A stretch of DNA of 64,000 nt from Clostridia bacterium (GTDB lineage Bacteria; Bacillota; Clostridia; JAAYHZ01): assembly GCA_050950825.1 (NCBI GenBank), contig JBMNIH010000002.1, forward strand, positions 448,001-512,000, written 5' to 3'. The notes beneath the pieces are model-generated. The model worked only from the letters and a program-made list of their open reading frames with translations, was not told where the DNA came from and did no database searches. A program made the position numbers and the translations under genes. Positions 42,876 to 52,697 of this stretch are shown piece by piece (the stretch's first letter is position 1; the number at the start of each line of letters is the position of its first letter).

Positions 42876-43808
42876 TTATTTTCCCCAAGTTCGAGGGTCC
42901 GTCACCTCGTCGGGTACCGATTGAAAACAATCCATGATTTCCTCCGTCATTTCCTTTGAAAGAGGAGGCGTATGATAAAGCTCAATGTTTTTCCTTACTT
43001 GCTCTATTGTTTCGCATCCTAAAACCAAACCCGTCACGGCTTCTTGGTCTCGAACGTAAGCCAAAGCCGTTTCCGCTATGCTTCTTTGCTCTTTCGAACA
43101 CAATGCCCGAAGCTTTTCGATATAGGGTTTGGCTTGTGTTAATTTGCCGGAAAGCTCCTCGGGCTCTAAAAACAGCAAGCCTTGTAAGTATATGCTGCGA
43201 ACGAAAACGATCATTCCTTTTTGCCGTAATCTTTCCAAGGCACCGGAGCGGACCAACCGCAGGTCGAAAATATTCACGGGAACCTGAACCGCATCGAATA
43301 CCGGCTCCTCCAAAACCCGGTCCGTATCATCGCTTCCGTATAGCGAAATTCCGGCCAGTTTTATGTATCCTCGGTCTTTTAAATATTCCAAAGCCTCTAC
43401 GGCCGCTTTTCCTCCGTTCTTCCATTCAACGAAGCTGTGGAGCAAAACAATCGGAATCGTGTCCAAGCAAAGGAGACTGCATGAGCGTTCTACCGAACGG
43501 ACCGTGTAATCGAAAATCTCTTTATCCTTCATGCCGGGCTTTATCCCGGACACCTTGGTGACTACAAGAGGCCTTTCCGAATCTTTTTTGCTTTTGTTGT
43601 AAAGCCCGATGATTTTCTCCGATTCTCCGTATGCCGATGCGGTATCGAGAGTATTGACTCCGCCGTTTATCGCTTCTTGAATGATTTCAAGCCCCGTGTT
43701 TACATCCGGCATACCGCTTTTGTTGGCGATACCGTACGGCATCCCCAATTGTACCGTTCCTAACACCAACCCGGAAATAGCCAAATCTTTCATTACGGTT
43801 ATTTTCAT
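42876..43808 (-). CDS. Aldo/keto reductase
   Basis: LGTVQLG, DTASAYG.SE, TK, LLH, RS..LQGLL. Confidence 0.88.
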   Translation of the reverse strand: MKITVMKDLAISGLVLGTVQLGMPYGIANKSGMPDVNTGLEIIQEAINGGVNTLDTASAYGESEKIIGLYNKSKKDSERPLVVTKVSGIKPGMKDKEIFDYTVRSVERSCSLLCLDTIPIVLLHSFVEWKNGGKAAVEALEYLKDRGYIKLAGISLYGSDDTDRVLEEPVFDAVQVPVNIFDLRLVRSGALERLRQKGMIVFVRSIYLQGLLFLEPEELSGKLTQAKPYIEKLRALCSKEQRSIAETALAYVRDQEAVTGLVLGCETIEQVRKNIELYHTPPLSKEMTEEIMDCFQSVPDEVTDPRTWGK

Positions 43809-43924
43809 ACGCTTGCACCTTGCACCTTTTTCCGTAGAGTTTGCTTGACGTTTTCCATTATATCACATAAAGGAATAAGCTGCCAACATAAACGACACCG
43901 GACTTCATCGGTTCGAAAATCGTT

Positions 43925-43960
43925 AAAAACCCCCTTGTCTGTGAAGAACAAAGGGGTGTT
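43925..43960 (-). terminator. Probable intrinsic terminator
   Basis: CCCC(T)TTGT...ACAAGGGG hairpin followed by T run on minus strand. Confidence 0.55.
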
Positions 43961-43986
43961 CGCTTTATTGATTTTACGTTTGTCCC

Positions 43987-44724
43987 TTATCTTCCCTTTA
44001 TTTCCGCAGGCAGCGTTCCTTTAAATACCAATGCGCCGTTTTTTACCGAAAGCTCTTCGATTTCGATACCGTTTTCCTTTGAAGCCGTTTTGTTAATCAG
44101 ATTTCTTAACTCTCCTTCGATGATGCGAACCGCTTCTTCCTTCAAAACGCGATTTCCCAACCTCACCGTTTCCAAACGAATCTCCACGTAATTGGAGGAT
44201 ACAAGTTCAAAAGAGCCCTTCCCGTAAACCGGTTTGTTGTGAAGAATTTTGCCGATCCATTTTACAAGAACGGGATTTTCTTCTTCCGTAAGACCCAAAT
44301 GCTTGTTCATTACGGTCATGATGCTTTTGTTTGTCATGCAATAGAATTCGAATCGGTTTCCTTGGGCGAGCTTGATTTGGATGTTTTTCAAAGGACCGCT
44401 CTCTTTATTGGCCTCGTTCAAAATAGCGTAAATCTCTTCGACGGATAAAGTCGCCTCAACAGGTATGCTTCCGTCGGTTTCGTAGTCCCCGTTATAGATG
44501 TTCAAAAGATGGAGCCGCGAAACATCACCGACGATATCCGTTTTCACTTTCTCCATGCCGGATAGAAAGTCATCATAATCCCCTGAGATTTTAAGATCGT
44601 AGTGATCCGCCTTCAGCTTCTGAATATTGACGCCGATTAATACGGCTACCCCCAGAACGATGAATAAAAGAACGGCCAGTATGGTTTTGAAACACCCGCC
44701 ACGCTTTTCTTTTTCTTTTGCCAT
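43987..44724 (-). CDS. Hypothetical membrane-anchored protein
   Basis: 245 aa; basic N-terminus plus single TM; no recognised catalytic motif. Confidence 0.6.
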   Translation of the reverse strand: MAKEKEKRGGCFKTILAVLLFIVLGVAVLIGVNIQKLKADHYDLKISGDYDDFLSGMEKVKTDIVGDVSRLHLLNIYNGDYETDGSIPVEATLSVEEIYAILNEANKESGPLKNIQIKLAQGNRFEFYCMTNKSIMTVMNKHLGLTEEENPVLVKWIGKILHNKPVYGKGSFELVSSNYVEIRLETVRLGNRVLKEEAVRIIEGELRNLINKTASKENGIEIEELSVKNGALVFKGTLPAEIKGR

Positions 44725-44895
44725 TTTTCCGGCTTTTAAAGCCTGTTCCCCCCTTGATTCTTAATGCTTCAATTATACCACAGCCCATATCGAATTCCAA
44801 CGTTTTAAAATTGCATTTGAATCGGGAATAGAGTAAACTAAGACGTATAAAGGGTCGTATCCTGCGGATGCTTTGATGCAAAATGAAAGGCTTGT

Positions 44896-45771
44896 ATGGA
44901 AGAATCGATGAATATATTGAAAGCGAAGGATCTTTTCACTGCCGAAGATTTTCCGATTGAAATACGGAAGCAAGTCCATAACGGACACACGAAAATCCAT
45001 ATGCACGATTTTTACGAGTTCGTGTTTTTGGAAACGGGAATCTCTTTGCATACCTACGCGGACAAATTCACCGTTTTGCTGCCCGGAGATATGTTCGGAA
45101 TACGACCTATGGAGCCTCACGAGTATACGCGGGCGAAACAAGCGGTCTTGTACAACATTCTTTTCGATATTCCGGCATTAGGAGACGATTACGAAGAAAT
45201 TCGAAGGCTTCCGGGCTTGAAAGAAATATTCGAAGAAAAAGATTCCTTTGAATGGCGCACCATTCACCTGCCCTTAAACAAGCAAATTTCCGCGGTTAAA
45301 ATCATAAAGTCGGCCATGGAGCAGCAAAAAGCAAAGGATGCGGGTTGGAAGCTGGCGGTAAAAAGCTGTCTTGTGGAGCTTTTGGTCTTGTATGCCCAAT
45401 CCTACAAGGAAATGTCCTACACCCCGACGGACGAGCCGGGCGGGCAGGTTTCCTACATTTACGAAGCTCTTGCCTTTATTGAAAAATATTATCAAAATCC
45501 CATTAATGTCAACCAAGTGGCCCGACACTGCGGGATTTCCGCCGACTACTTAACCAAATGCTTTAAAAAATTCACGGGGCTGACCCCCATCGATTATATG
45601 AAGCACTACAAGCTGGCGAAGTCCGTGGAGCTTATAAAAGACCCGAAAATCTCCATTGCCCAAGCGGCATCGGAAACCGGATTCGACGACCATACCTACT
45701 TTTCACGACTTTTTAAACAGGTTTTCGGGATGTCACCTTCGGAGTTCCGAAAACACTCCTTCCCGGAGTAA
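44896..45771 (+). CDS. AraC family transcriptional regulator (RhaS/RhaR-like)
   Basis: HMHDFYE cupin, S.DYL...FKK.TG, TGF.D..YFSRLFK..FG.SP..FR. Confidence 0.92.
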   Translation: MEESMNILKAKDLFTAEDFPIEIRKQVHNGHTKIHMHDFYEFVFLETGISLHTYADKFTVLLPGDMFGIRPMEPHEYTRAKQAVLYNILFDIPALGDDYEEIRRLPGLKEIFEEKDSFEWRTIHLPLNKQISAVKIIKSAMEQQKAKDAGWKLAVKSCLVELLVLYAQSYKEMSYTPTDEPGGQVSYIYEALAFIEKYYQNPINVNQVARHCGISADYLTKCFKKFTGLTPIDYMKHYKLAKSVELIKDPKISIAQAASETGFDDHTYFSRLFKQVFGMSPSEFRKHSFPE

Positions 45772-45793
45772 ATCCTATGGAAAGGTGGAAAAC

Positions 45794-46264
45794 ATGACGG
45801 ACAAAAAGAATTTTTATCGAGTCTTAAACGAAGATTTAAAAGCCTTGATCGAAGATGAAACCGATTGGGTGGCCAATTGCGCCAATTGCTCCGCCCTGCT
45901 ATTTAACCGCATGACGGATATCAACTGGGCCGGTTTTTACATTTTGAAAGAAGGAGTGCTGGTGTTAGGTCCCTTCCAAGGAAAACCGGCATGCGTTCGC
46001 ATCCCTATGGGAAAAGGCGTTTGCGGTACCGCCGCCTTAAAAAGAGAAACCCAAGTAGTGGAAGACGTGCACCGGTTCGAAGGCCACATAGCCTGCGACG
46101 AAGCCTCCCGATCGGAAATCGTGGTCCCCATCATTCGGAACAACCGGGTTATCGGGGTTTTGGATATAGACAGCCCCGTTTTAAAACGCTTCGACCAAGC
46201 CGACGCCGAAGGGCTGTCGGATACGGTAGCGCTTTTAAATCGTTACAACCGTTGGTCCGATTGA
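45794..46264 (+). CDS. msrC: Free methionine-R-sulfoxide reductase (GAF domain)
   Basis: INWAGFY, LGPFQGKPAC, GVCG, GHIACD..SRSEIVVP, LDIDSP. Confidence 0.9.
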   Translation: MTDKKNFYRVLNEDLKALIEDETDWVANCANCSALLFNRMTDINWAGFYILKEGVLVLGPFQGKPACVRIPMGKGVCGTAALKRETQVVEDVHRFEGHIACDEASRSEIVVPIIRNNRVIGVLDIDSPVLKRFDQADAEGLSDTVALLNRYNRWSD

Positions 46265-46289
46265 AACTAAAAAAACATCGTTGGAGAAT

Positions 46290-47324
46290 CTAGGAGAGAA
46301 TTTGTACTTCCAAAAACGAAGGGAATTCTCTTTTTTTCGAGGAAGTGTATTTCAACAATACGCTTTTTTCGTCGTCATCTTCCGTCTCCTCTTCAAAGCC
46401 CATCATTTTGTAGGTGATGTACATGACGCGATTACGGTCCGTATGAAGAAACTCGGCGTAAAGGTCCTTGTTTTCCGATTGAGCCAACCGAATACAATGA
46501 ATCAAAAAGGCCGTACCGATTCCTTTGCTCATAACCCTGCAGGACATGAGAAGAAGCTTGATGATGTATCGGTCCTGTCCTTTCTCCATCAGGCAAATAC
46601 CGATTTTCCCGTAATCTCCGAAACGGTCCTTCAATTCCGCTATTAAAAACACATGATTTTTGGAATCCGTCAAACTCTTTAGTTCTTCATAAGAGTAGGT
46701 GTATCCGGTGGAATTCAACTGGTGGGTCCGTAAAGTCAATTCCTCTACACGCTTTAAATCGTCGTAGGTAACGTTGGATACGGTCAGCTTCAATCCTAAG
46801 GTCTTTAAAAACTCTTCCTTGCTGCCCGTGAAGCTTTCCTCTTCTTTTTTTCGCAGTTCCTCGCTTTGGTACATCAAGCGTCTTTTTTTGGCGTCCTCGG
46901 TGATGGTATCGGGAATGAAGCGGTCCATGTTGACAATGTTCATGTATTCCGCCGCATCGATAACTAGTACCTCGGGATGGGAGAACTTGACCTCTTCCCT
47001 TTCCGTAATGTCATCGTCCACAAAAGCGAAGGTATTTGTTGAAATGTTGAGCTTTTCCGCGACCGTTTTAATGGCTTCGGCTTTCGAGCTCCAGCTGATT
47101 TGAGGGTATAGAAAATAGTGACGGATGCCGTATTCCTCCAGTTTTTTTACGGCATCTTGGTAATTGTTTTTGCTGCTGATGGATTGCAAAATGCCCCTTT
47201 GGTCAAGGGTTTCCAAAACCTCCTTGATTCCGGGCTTTAAGGTAACGCTTCCGCCTTCCGCCATAATGCCCGTCCAAAGTGTATTGTCCAAGTCCCATAC
47301 CACGCATTTGATCTTCTCCGTCAT
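46290..47324 (-). CDS. FkbH-like glyceryl-ACP loading enzyme (HAD-IIIC plus GNAT)
   Basis: WDLDNTLW.G, SSKN, FVDD...ER.EV, RTHQLN.TG, DRFGDYG, LMSCRV. Confidence 0.9.
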   Translation of the reverse strand: MTEKIKCVVWDLDNTLWTGIMAEGGSVTLKPGIKEVLETLDQRGILQSISSKNNYQDAVKKLEEYGIRHYFLYPQISWSSKAEAIKTVAEKLNISTNTFAFVDDDITEREEVKFSHPEVLVIDAAEYMNIVNMDRFIPDTITEDAKKRRLMYQSEELRKKEEESFTGSKEEFLKTLGLKLTVSNVTYDDLKRVEELTLRTHQLNSTGYTYSYEELKSLTDSKNHVFLIAELKDRFGDYGKIGICLMEKGQDRYIIKLLLMSCRVMSKGIGTAFLIHCIRLAQSENKDLYAEFLHTDRNRVMYITYKMMGFEEETEDDDEKSVLLKYTSSKKREFPSFLEVQILS

Positions 47325-47337
47325 CGAAAAGCCTCCC

Positions 47338-47577
47338 TCACTTTTTCATGATTCTTAAAACGGTTTCTGCAATTTTCTCTACGGAACGAAAGTTGTCTTC
47401 CTTAATCTCCTTGTTTTTAATTCGAATCTTAAATTCTTTTTCCAAAAACATAATTAGCTGAAGAGCAAACAAAGAGTCCACATAGCCTTGTTGAAAAAGG
47501 TCGTCTTGGTCTTTGATCCCTTCCATGGATTTGTTTTTATTTAAAAATTCTCTTACCTTCTTTTTTATTTCATCCAT
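47338..47577 (-). CDS. Acyl carrier protein
   Basis: 79 aa with GYVDSL phosphopantetheine site and NFRSV. Confidence 0.9.
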   Translation of the reverse strand: MDEIKKKVREFLNKNKSMEGIKDQDDLFQQGYVDSLFALQLIMFLEKEFKIRIKNKEIKEDNFRSVEKIAETVLRIMKK

Positions 47578-47669
47578 ACGATCCGATATCTCCGTTTCTT
47601 GTTAACGTTAAACCCGAAAATACCTTAACACGTTTAAAGAGCATTTGCAACTTGTCTTAATTTTATACT

Positions 47670-49514
47670 TCACGATTCCTCCAACAGCTTCAGCAAAGCA
47701 TTCGTATCCAAGGAGGCGGGAACGGCGATGCGTTTTAGACCGTAAAGGCTTTGGGGCAAGCCCTTTACCAAGGTGTTGATACCGGGGTTTACGGTTACGG
47801 ATGCCCGGTTTCCCATTTCGCGAAGCAGCGCTTCCGTTAAAATCGTGTATTTCCCAAAGGGATAAAAATATGCCGTCACCTTTGACCCCGTTTGATCTTC
47901 GATTAAGGCTTTGTTATTTAAATAGTCTTCTTTAAAGATACGAATATATTCTTCTTCCCTTTCCCCTTTTTTAGGCAAAACCCCTTCGCGATAAACATCG
48001 GGTAATTCGTAAGGCTCGTTATCGTGCATGCTAAAAGAGTGGGATTGTATCTCCATAACCCCTGCTTTAACCATTTCTCGGCCTTGTTCGCCGCTAAAAT
48101 GAGGAATCATGGAATAATCGGTATCCTTGTATCGGTCCTTTCCTACGGATATACCGATAACCGAGATGACGCCTTTCATGTTCCGTTCCCGCAAAACGGG
48201 ATAGGCGTATGTGTAGTTGCTTTCGTAGCCGTCGTCAAAGGTGATAACAATCGGTTTTTCGGGAAGCTCCTTGCCTTGGTCCACATAAGCAATCAAATCG
48301 GAGAAAAAGACCGTCTCGTACCCCGCCTTTAGCAATGCGTCCATATCTTTTTTGAATTTTTCCGGGGTCACCGTAACGGAGCCGATTTTCGATTCGTCCT
48401 CATCCAGATGATGATACATAAGAATCGGCACTTTTTTTGTATATTCCAAAGGATCCGGTTTTTCTTTGGGCGTGAAGGCTTCCAAGGCCCTTTCTTTTAC
48501 ATTATCGGATTTTGTGTAATGTCCGAAGCCTTCCGGAACATAAACGGAATCGTCGTCGAATAGGACGGCGCACATCATCTCTCCGACGGAATTTCGGTAA
48601 TGCTTGGCGTCGTAAAAATAGCGTTCGTCACGGCTTACGGGTGAGTAGCCGGAAAAGTCCCAAAAGTCCGTTACCTCCGCAATGGCCTCCCAAAAGGCCG
48701 TCAACTCCTCCTCGTCATACATCCTTATCTCTTTTTCATAAACGGGAGATGCGATTACAATCAGGTTAACGTTCTTTTCCTCGCATGCCGTTTTGATGGC
48801 TTTTAAGGATTTTTTAAAATTCTCGATTTGAGACAAGGAAGCCTTCCCAAGGTCTTGGCGAAAGCCTTGGTTGTTCCGCAGGTATTCGTCGTAATCCACG
48901 ATGGATTCCCGGTCTCGCACTCGTTTGTCGTACAGTCCGGTTTCCGGTACGAAAACGTTTTGCGCATCCGGCAAGTATCCTTGCCGGATAACGGATACGA
49001 TTTTATCAAAGGCATATTTCGGATTGGCGAAAAGATGCTTGCCGTAAAAAAGAAGCGAGCTTTTTCCTTCGACTTTGCAGTGGTTAATCCCCTTTAAGGG
49101 ATCCGATTCTTCGTTGTAGAAGGCTCCTTCCTCCAAACCGATATTGACCACCAGATTTTTAACCTCGTAATTTTTCAAAAGATAAAGAGCGGTTTTTTCC
49201 ATGTCGTACATGTCGCCGCCGTAGAAAAACATGTTGTAAAACTTCGCCCCTTCGATGTACGAGTTCAGGATTTCCGGTGACAGTGCTCCGGACTTGGATC
49301 CTCCGATGACGTACGAATTGTAATTTTCATGGTGTTTGTCGATGTATGCGATTTTTGCCGTTCGGGGATTGTTAGTCATATTGTACGAGTAGCGATTGAA
49401 AAAGATGTCTCCGAAAACACCGAAGGGATCCGTCGCCCAATTGAATAAGATCAATAGACACGCGGTGAGAAGACCGAATAAAACGAATTTTTTCAACCAT
49501 TTATCGTAAGTCAT
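47670..49514 (-). CDS. Fusion: membrane-anchored SGNH-like (AlgJ/PatB/DltD-type) domain plus IcaB/PgaB-like polysaccharide deacetylase
   Basis: TM then DP.G, IGGSK (Ser) and YDAKH (DxxH); C-terminal ILMYHH, TFDDGY, SHSFSMH, YPFG. Confidence 0.75.
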   Translation of the reverse strand: MTYDKWLKKFVLFGLLTACLLILFNWATDPFGVFGDIFFNRYSYNMTNNPRTAKIAYIDKHHENYNSYVIGGSKSGALSPEILNSYIEGAKFYNMFFYGGDMYDMEKTALYLLKNYEVKNLVVNIGLEEGAFYNEESDPLKGINHCKVEGKSSLLFYGKHLFANPKYAFDKIVSVIRQGYLPDAQNVFVPETGLYDKRVRDRESIVDYDEYLRNNQGFRQDLGKASLSQIENFKKSLKAIKTACEEKNVNLIVIASPVYEKEIRMYDEEELTAFWEAIAEVTDFWDFSGYSPVSRDERYFYDAKHYRNSVGEMMCAVLFDDDSVYVPEGFGHYTKSDNVKERALEAFTPKEKPDPLEYTKKVPILMYHHLDEDESKIGSVTVTPEKFKKDMDALLKAGYETVFFSDLIAYVDQGKELPEKPIVITFDDGYESNYTYAYPVLRERNMKGVISVIGISVGKDRYKDTDYSMIPHFSGEQGREMVKAGVMEIQSHSFSMHDNEPYELPDVYREGVLPKKGEREEEYIRIFKEDYLNNKALIEDQTGSKVTAYFYPFGKYTILTEALLREMGNRASVTVNPGINTLVKGLPQSLYGLKRIAVPASLDTNALLKLLEES

Positions 49515-49526
49515 AACGATGTACTC

Positions 49527-50948
49527 CTAAAACTGAAAGTATAGAAAGTCGGAAACGTTGCCCATCATAAACAGGGAAAAAGCAAGCAAAACGGCTGCAA
49601 ATACCGCTCCTTTTTGGGTTTTCGCAAACTCCTCGGAGAGCTCCTCGCTGTTTTTTGACCAAAAGCAGATGCCGGCGCCAAGGATGATCAGCAAAACCTC
49701 AAATATATGCTCTTTTACATAGGTTAAGCCGGACAAAAGGAATGTTTTCGGTTGTTGCAGCAAGGGTCGAATATCTACAAGTAATTTGAGCACTTTTACG
49801 GCCTGGTCCGTATTTTGGGCGTCAAACAGCACTCTTGTCAAAAGGATTCCGGCAAAGGTCAAAATCCAAGAGAGAAAAGCCGGAAGCTTTATGTTCTTTA
49901 AAATGGCGATATTTGAAATGCAAACAAAGATGCCGTTTACAAATCCCCATGCGATGAAATGCCAGCCGGCCCCATGCCAAATGCCGGATACGATAAAGGT
50001 TACCATAATGCCGAGAACCAGTTTTCCCAAACGGTCTCCGAACCTGTATATGCTTTTGAAAATGTGGTTGTAAAGAAATTGGGTTACGGTAATATTCCAC
50101 CTTCTCCAAAACTCGGCAAAGTTTTTCGCTTTGTACGGAGATCGGAAGTTAAAGGGAAGCCGGATGTTAAAAAACAGCCCCAACCCCACCGCCATATCGC
50201 CGTATCCCGAAAAATCGAAGTAGTATGCAAAGGTATAGGCGAATACCGCAAACCACCCGTTAAAAAATCCGGCCGGAACGGGGTTTTTGTAGAAGCTTTG
50301 GGCCAAAGCAATGAGAGGGTCTGCAATTAAAACTTTTTTCGCGCAGCCCACGGATAAAAGGAACAAGCCTTTTGCCATATTCTCCTTGTTGATTTGAAAG
50401 GTTTTCTTGTCTGCCAATTGGGAAGCAAAAGGCTCAAAGTGAACCACGGGTCCGACAATCAGCATGGGAAAGAATACGGCATAAACCAAAAAGTCAAGAA
50501 AAGAAATTTTTTTAATCGTTCCTTTATGCACGTCATTGACAAAAGAGATAAAGCGGAAGGTAAAGAAGGAAATCCCCAAGGGTAAAAGAATGTTTTTTAA
50601 GTCGAAGCTTGTCCCTGCAAAGCGGTTTACGTTTTCCAAAAAGAAGTTCATGTATTTAAAATAGGCCAAAAGGCCGATGTTTTCGATCAATCCTATGGCG
50701 AAAAGAAGGTTTTTGATGATTTTATTGTTTTCATAACGCATCATAAAATAGCCTACGGCATAATTGAATACGACGGTAAATAAAAACCAAGGCATAAACG
50801 AAAGGCTTCCTTGGGCATAAAAAAACAAAGATGCGGCTGTCAACCACACTTTTATCCAAACGGATTTTTTCATTTTGCTTAAGATTAAAAAACCGATGAA
50901 TACGATCGGCATAAAGAGGAGCAAAAAAGCGTGGGACGAAAATATCAT
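49527..50948 (-). CDS. MBOAT family O-acyltransferase (AlgI/PatA/DltB-type)
   Basis: LPLGISFFTF, DFSGY.DMA, FWRRW, SGIWHGA (catalytic His), C-terminal FLYFQF. Confidence 0.95.
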   Translation of the reverse strand: MIFSSHAFLLLFMPIVFIGFLILSKMKKSVWIKVWLTAASLFFYAQGSLSFMPWFLFTVVFNYAVGYFMMRYENNKIIKNLLFAIGLIENIGLLAYFKYMNFFLENVNRFAGTSFDLKNILLPLGISFFTFRFISFVNDVHKGTIKKISFLDFLVYAVFFPMLIVGPVVHFEPFASQLADKKTFQINKENMAKGLFLLSVGCAKKVLIADPLIALAQSFYKNPVPAGFFNGWFAVFAYTFAYYFDFSGYGDMAVGLGLFFNIRLPFNFRSPYKAKNFAEFWRRWNITVTQFLYNHIFKSIYRFGDRLGKLVLGIMVTFIVSGIWHGAGWHFIAWGFVNGIFVCISNIAILKNIKLPAFLSWILTFAGILLTRVLFDAQNTDQAVKVLKLLVDIRPLLQQPKTFLLSGLTYVKEHIFEVLLIILGAGICFWSKNSEELSEEFAKTQKGAVFAAVLLAFSLFMMGNVSDFLYFQF

Positions 50949-50986
50949 GATACCTCCAAGATTATTCAGGGATTTCGTTTTGTGAA

Positions 50987-51015
50987 ATTATATCACCCCT
51001 GCCTAATGAAGTCAA
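50987..51015 (-). promoter_or_regulatory. Sigma-A promoter of the MBOAT operon
   Basis: TTGACT-17 bp-TATAAT with extended -10 TG. Confidence 0.75.
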
Positions 51016-51067
51016 TTTACAAGAAGAGGTCTCGCTTACGGGAAGCCGCTAAAGCCTAAAAGGCTTT

Positions 51068-51577
51068 CTAATATACGCGATCCTTTAACAATCGATCTAA
51101 AAATCCGATTTTTATCTTCTTAACCGTATCTTTTTCGAAAGTCAGAACGATGAACAGATCCCCCTTTTCATAATAATTCGATTCCTTTTCTTCAAAATTA
51201 AGTTTGTTTAAGGTCGATACGGCTTTGTCCTTAGAATCCCCCGGCTTCATATCGAAAACATGATGCTCGGGGTTTTCGATCTCAATCGAAGAGACTCGGT
51301 TGTATGCCCTGCTCTCCGGGTCGTTCGAGAAGAACACCTTTATCTTTTCGTTTTTAAATTCATGACCAAAGCCGCCCATACCGTATATATATTCCCCTTC
51401 TCCGCCCATCTTAAGTAATACTTCATCAAGAGGCATCAGCAGCCGGATCCCGGCAATGTCCATGGATCGATTGGCTTTTGCCGTTTGCATAAGGGGATAA
51501 TAACGGTATATGACGAAGATAATTATCGATATGAATAAAAGTGAAATTAGGATACCGAATGTGATTTTTCTTCTCAT
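51068..51577 (-). CDS. Hypothetical membrane-anchored protein
   Basis: RBS GGGGG before MRRKITF; single N-terminal TM. Confidence 0.6.
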   Translation of the reverse strand: MRRKITFGILISLLFISIIIFVIYRYYPLMQTAKANRSMDIAGIRLLMPLDEVLLKMGGEGEYIYGMGGFGHEFKNEKIKVFFSNDPESRAYNRVSSIEIENPEHHVFDMKPGDSKDKAVSTLNKLNFEEKESNYYEKGDLFIVLTFEKDTVKKIKIGFLDRLLKDRVY

Positions 51578-51663
51578 ATTGCCCCCGGCCTTTATTCTTT
51601 CGCTTTCCCGTTTTTTATTCTTAATTATTCGACGGATTTTACCGTCCGTTGTTCCATGCAATC

Positions 51664-52404
51664 TCACAAAGGCTTTTCCAAAACGTACACGATGAAGTTG
51701 GGTACCCGAAGCTCATCCTCCAAATCCGGGTACTCCGTTAATTTGTCCTCCGTCACCGTCGGCTCGATAATTTCATTCAACACAAAGCCTGTATTTATAA
51801 AACAATTGATATATGTGGATAAGGATCGGTGAAAATTGGTGAATTTAACCCCTAACATTTCCCAATGTCTTTCCCCTTCGTCAAAATATTGATCCAACAT
51901 GACATGCAGCTTCCTTCCGCTTTCGTCCTTGTACCATTTCCCCGAAGCGGACCTCATGGGATGCAAATTGGCAATGATGAATCGACCTCCCTTTTTCAAC
52001 ACCCGATACGTTTCCCTTACGTTCGATTCGAAATCCGGCAGATCGCATTGGTTCAGGTATGATATTGCCAAATCAAAGGACTCGCTTTCGAGAAAGCTAA
52101 GGTCCTGCACATCCCTTATACGGTACTCTTCCCGTTCGGATTGTAGGTTTTTTGCCGCTTCGATCATCGGCTCGCAAAGATCCAAACCCAATACGTATTT
52201 TGCACCGCGTTCCGCAAGGAGCCTGCAAAAACGTCCTTCTCCGCACCCGCAATCCAAGATGCGTAAACCTTCAACGTTTCCTAAGGCTTTGAGCATCACG
52301 GGATCGATGAGTCCTTTTCGTACCGAATTTCCGCCTTCTCGGACCTCTTTTATCCACCTCGGCGCAAGGGCTTCCCATTCTTCTTTAAGTCTTCTTGTAT
52401 CCAT
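51664..52404 (-). CDS. Class I SAM-dependent methyltransferase
   Basis: ILDCGCGEG, ESFDL, VLKKGGRF, FHRSLS.Y. Confidence 0.9.
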   Translation of the reverse strand: MDTRRLKEEWEALAPRWIKEVREGGNSVRKGLIDPVMLKALGNVEGLRILDCGCGEGRFCRLLAERGAKYVLGLDLCEPMIEAAKNLQSEREEYRIRDVQDLSFLESESFDLAISYLNQCDLPDFESNVRETYRVLKKGGRFIIANLHPMRSASGKWYKDESGRKLHVMLDQYFDEGERHWEMLGVKFTNFHRSLSTYINCFINTGFVLNEIIEPTVTEDKLTEYPDLEDELRVPNFIVYVLEKPL

Positions 52405-52474
52405 ACAAACCGTCCTCCGAAAACCGTATGATTCATAATTACCGCTACGGAATATCTTTTACTATCATAATACC

Positions 52475-52592
52475 GATCATCACCTTTATGGTTTCATCGA
52501 TATTCCTCCGCAAATTCTACGCCTTCTTGTCAATCCGTTTCCGTACGAAAAGTACGATTTCTGTACTAGTAGTTTTTTTCTCCGTAGTTTAT
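52475..52592. repeat. 118-bp direct repeat, left copy (IS1634 target duplication)
   Basis: Identical to 54631-54748. Confidence 0.92.
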
Positions 52593-52697
52593 CTTGACTT
52601 TAACAGTTACGGAATATAAAAAACCTTTGTAATCCTTGAGAAATGCGGCTTACAAAGGTTCTTTTGATTTCAGAAGATTGTTGTACATTTTTCTTAG

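Noticed and set aside
46290-47577. Polyketide or tetronate biosynthetic cluster
   Set aside because: No ketosynthase, FabH-like or methoxymalonyl-pathway genes adjacent; the context is an MBOAT system
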